Source of the DNA: Octopus sinensis
Taxonomy: Eukaryota
NCBI RefSeq assembly: GCF_006345805.1
Contig: NW_021836887.1
Coordinates: 1 to 21,993 of the forward strand
Direction of reading: 5' to 3'
Length of the DNA stretch: 21,993 nucleotides
In this document: one piece after another, positions 19,085-21,993 of the stretch
How the letters are laid out: every line of letters starts with the position of its first letter
Position numbering within the stretch: position 1 is the first letter of the stretch
Notes under the pieces: generated by a model
The model's database searches: none
Told to the model about the DNA's origin: nothing
The model's input: the letters and a program-made list of their open reading frames with translations, nothing else
Made by a program: the position numbers and the translations under genes

Positions 19085-20169
19085 TCACTGTTTGTATGAC
19101 GAGTTTTAGCATAAACAATTTAACATTAAACTGAAGAATTACCCAATGCTATTTCTACAGTACATATTTATTATACTTTTGCAAAAAGGTTGGTGGCAGT
19201 AACTTCAAATTCGGCATGCTAACTTTCGTCAGAGTACTCGACGAAGGACAACAGAGAGAAACTTCGAAGTCACTATTAGTCCGCTTCTCGTAATGTATGT
19301 GTGTATACATACAAGTGACGAGTAGAAGTGAAGTACGCCGTACTACTATACCCAATTGATATTATATTTCTGTATAACATATAATTGATATTACATTATT
19401 AAATAATTTATATCGTGCTTTAGGCAGTAGCTGTTACAAAGGTCAGCCATTGTATTAATTTCGTTTTAGTTCGTATCTTCTCTCCATAATTTTGATTACT
19501 TATTGAGACTTTCCTTCTTATTTTGCATTGACTTCTCCTAGAGTATCAGGATAGCAGCTGAGATCCAAAAGTAAGACATGAACTCACAAAATAATTCATA
19601 GATATTAATACATACAAGTTGTAGGTGTGCGGTAACATTCCTTTAGACTGGTCTTAGCAGAACCAGCAAATAGACTTTGCCGAGTGGTTTGGTATTCGAT
19701 ACGCAGCTTGTATCTAATCCCAAAATATAGAACAACTGTCATCTGAAAAAAGAAATGAAAATATTATTTCACACTCAAAACCAAGTTTGTAAAATCCACA
19801 AAGCAACTGGAATCTCGCATGGATAGCATTGTCCAGTCAAGGATTGCTAGTTCTATATCTGGTCGGATTCTGATCTGCCTCAGTGAATTAAAAGATGGTT
19901 GGCTGTTGCAAAAGTGGTAAGAGTGATGGAGTGAATCTAACAAGTGTCAGTAGATTGGAGAATGGCACTTGTATGGTGTATATGTACAGGGTGTTTGAAG
20001 TGGTATATAGATATTGTATATTGAGAAAAAGGAGGCAGTCAGAATTTTGAATAATTCTTTATTAGCGCTTTCATTCGATTATCGATCTTGTTAAGACAAA
20101 ATCAAAATGATAAAAAATAAGACGTTTCCTTGTTCATTTATATGAATTGGACACACACACGGATCCTGG

Positions 20170-20250
<81 letters not shown>

Positions 20251-20274
20251 CGAGAGATACATACATGCATACAT

Positions 20275-21363
20275 AGCTACAACATATGTGGAAATCGGTG
20301 TGTGGCGTTGTTAGCTAACTCCTCCGACATCATTTTATTGATTTAGATGAAATTTGACACGTGAATAGAACTCATGTCTCGAAACCTTGTGACATACTTA
20401 GATTGTTGAAAAAATCGATAATACGGCCCCTGGAAGGGACCTCTATATCTACCTCATATAACTAATTTTTTTAAACACACGAGGGAAATGACCCATTTCA
20501 TTGTTTATGTTCGATTACTTTGAATATTGATTTTTTGTTTGTCCTATTTCTAATTTTTGTACACAATATCACTTTTATACTTTATTTGACATGTGAGTAG
20601 AACTCATATCTAGAAACCTTGTGACATACTTAGATTGTTGAAAAATCGATAATAGGGCCCTTCCAAGGGATCTTTCTACCTACTATATATTACTAATATT
20701 TTATTTAAATAACCCCAGGGAAATAACCCATATCACCTGCAGATATTAGCGAAGCGATCATTATTTGATTCTCACGATCAGTCGACCTAATTCTGCATTT
20801 CACTACTCACAGTTTTGAACTGCTAAACATTATTATTGCACTTCCTTAATTTGAATCTTAAACATTAAATATTTCATTCATACATTTCTATACATACTTT
20901 TTGAATACCCATTACTCCGATAATGCTGCATTTTTACAGTTAAACGTTTTCCATGATTGTAGATAACATTTTTATTACACAGCGTACTTGTAGTGGCTTC
21001 ATGCTGGCATAGCGTAGATTCGATCCTTGATTGCCAAATTTCACTTAACGCTTTTCTCGCAGTAAAACAATACTTTTTCTATGAATGACAGCAGTTATGC
21101 ATTTCCCAGATGCCTTCGCTAAGCAGAATAATGTTTTTGGCTCTCGCTAACCTCCGACAATATTTCTCGCCAACCCCCGAAAACATCTCTGACAACCCTC
21201 CAGCAATCTCTCCCTCCTCCAGCTGACAATTTTTTTGTACTTTTTCGTGACGGAAAATACACCTTTTGAAGCAGTTATAACGAAATTGCTTTCTTAAATA
21301 AAAGTAATAAGGCATTTCAATAGAACATCTCTACCCCCGGGAATGACCGGGTACACCAGCTAG
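20275..21363 (+). mobile_element. Non-autonomous Helitron with internal tandem duplication
   Basis: The 3' end is canonical: hairpin CCCGG-GAATGA-CCGGG (21336-21351), 8 nt, then CTAG|T (21360-21364). The 5' region has GTTAGCTAACTCCTCCGA...GATTTAGATGAAATTTGACAC, typical of Lep1-like non-autonomous Helitron interiors. The 5' boundary is approximate. Confidence 0.7.
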
Positions 21364-21399
<36 letters not shown>

Positions 21400-21470
21400 C
21401 TCTCTCTCTCTCTCACACACACACACCACACACACATATATATATGTATATATATGTATGTATGTCTCTG

Positions 21471-21514
<44 letters not shown>

Positions 21515-21702
21515 GAAGTATATATATATATATATAGTTTGGTTTCTTCATCAACAGTAAAACACTTCAGAAATAGCCGCGGTCAACCTCAGCCAGTCCA
21601 TTTATGTTATTATTGATACGCACACACGCACACACACACTCACACACACACCACATACACACACACATACACACACCATACAAATTTTTCCAGGAAGAGG
21701 TA

Positions 21703-21850
21703 AACCGATTACGTTGAGTCTACTGTTCCACTCGTAATTATTATATGGACCCCGAAAGGATGAAAAGCAAAGTCGACCTCGGTGGAATTTGAACTCAGAA
21801 CGTAGCGGCAGACGAAATGCAACTAAGCATTTTGCCCAACGTGTGTTTTC
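21703..21850 (-). mobile_element. SINE family 1 fragment
   Basis: GACCCCGAAAGGATGAAAAGCAAAGTCGACCTCGGTGGAATTTGAACTCAGAACGTAGCGGCAGACGAAATGCAACTAAGCATTTTGCCC closely matches the array units and head. Confidence 0.85.
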
Positions 21851-21869
21851 GTTGCCGTTTCTTAGTTGT

Positions 21870-21990
21870 GTCAGGCTTTAAAAAATATTAAGTATTGTGA
21901 CCGATTTGTTTCTACAACAATTCTTCAAGGTGATGCTCCAGCATGGCCGCAGTAAACTGACTGAAACATGTAAAAGATGAAAGATAAAGA
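21870..21990 (+). mobile_element. SINE family 2, 3' end
   Basis: CAAGGTGATGCTCCAGCATGGCCGCAGTAAACTGACTGAAACATGTAAAAGATGAAAGATAAAGA has a short tandem (AAAGAT)n tail. It is homologous to the reverse complement of 8125-8200. Confidence 0.7.
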
Positions 21991-21993
21991 TGC

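Noticed and set aside
21079-21315. 78-aa minus-strand ORF inside the Helitron
   Set aside because: No Rep or helicase motifs and no recognisable domain; the length is compatible with chance.

Overview
This is eukaryotic, AT-rich, repeat-dominated non-coding DNA (intronic or intergenic). It is most likely from an octopod cephalopod; that is an inference from the recognisable octopus-type tRNA-derived SINEs and the very high microsatellite density. I cannot support any intact protein-coding gene: nearly all long ORFs in the track are translations of simple repeats. The window holds about 12 copies or units of one tRNA-SINE family, including a head+(body)x4.3 tandem array at 13800-14633, and 3 fragments of a second tRNA-SINE family. 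It also holds an internally deleted mariner, a 5'-truncated CR1-clade LINE end, a hAT (Charlie-like) MITE, two non-autonomous Helitrons, and a cluster of three Penelope-like remnants embedded in (TA)n. The most interesting signal is a 35-nt minimal hammerhead ribozyme with intact consensus on the minus strand (10068-10102), with several decayed hammerhead-like motifs elsewhere. The second is the SINE tandem array with a constant tail-to-body junction. Both belong to known classes in principle, so novelty would lie in the particular families or their activity. A few isolated exon-like segments are listed at low confidence.
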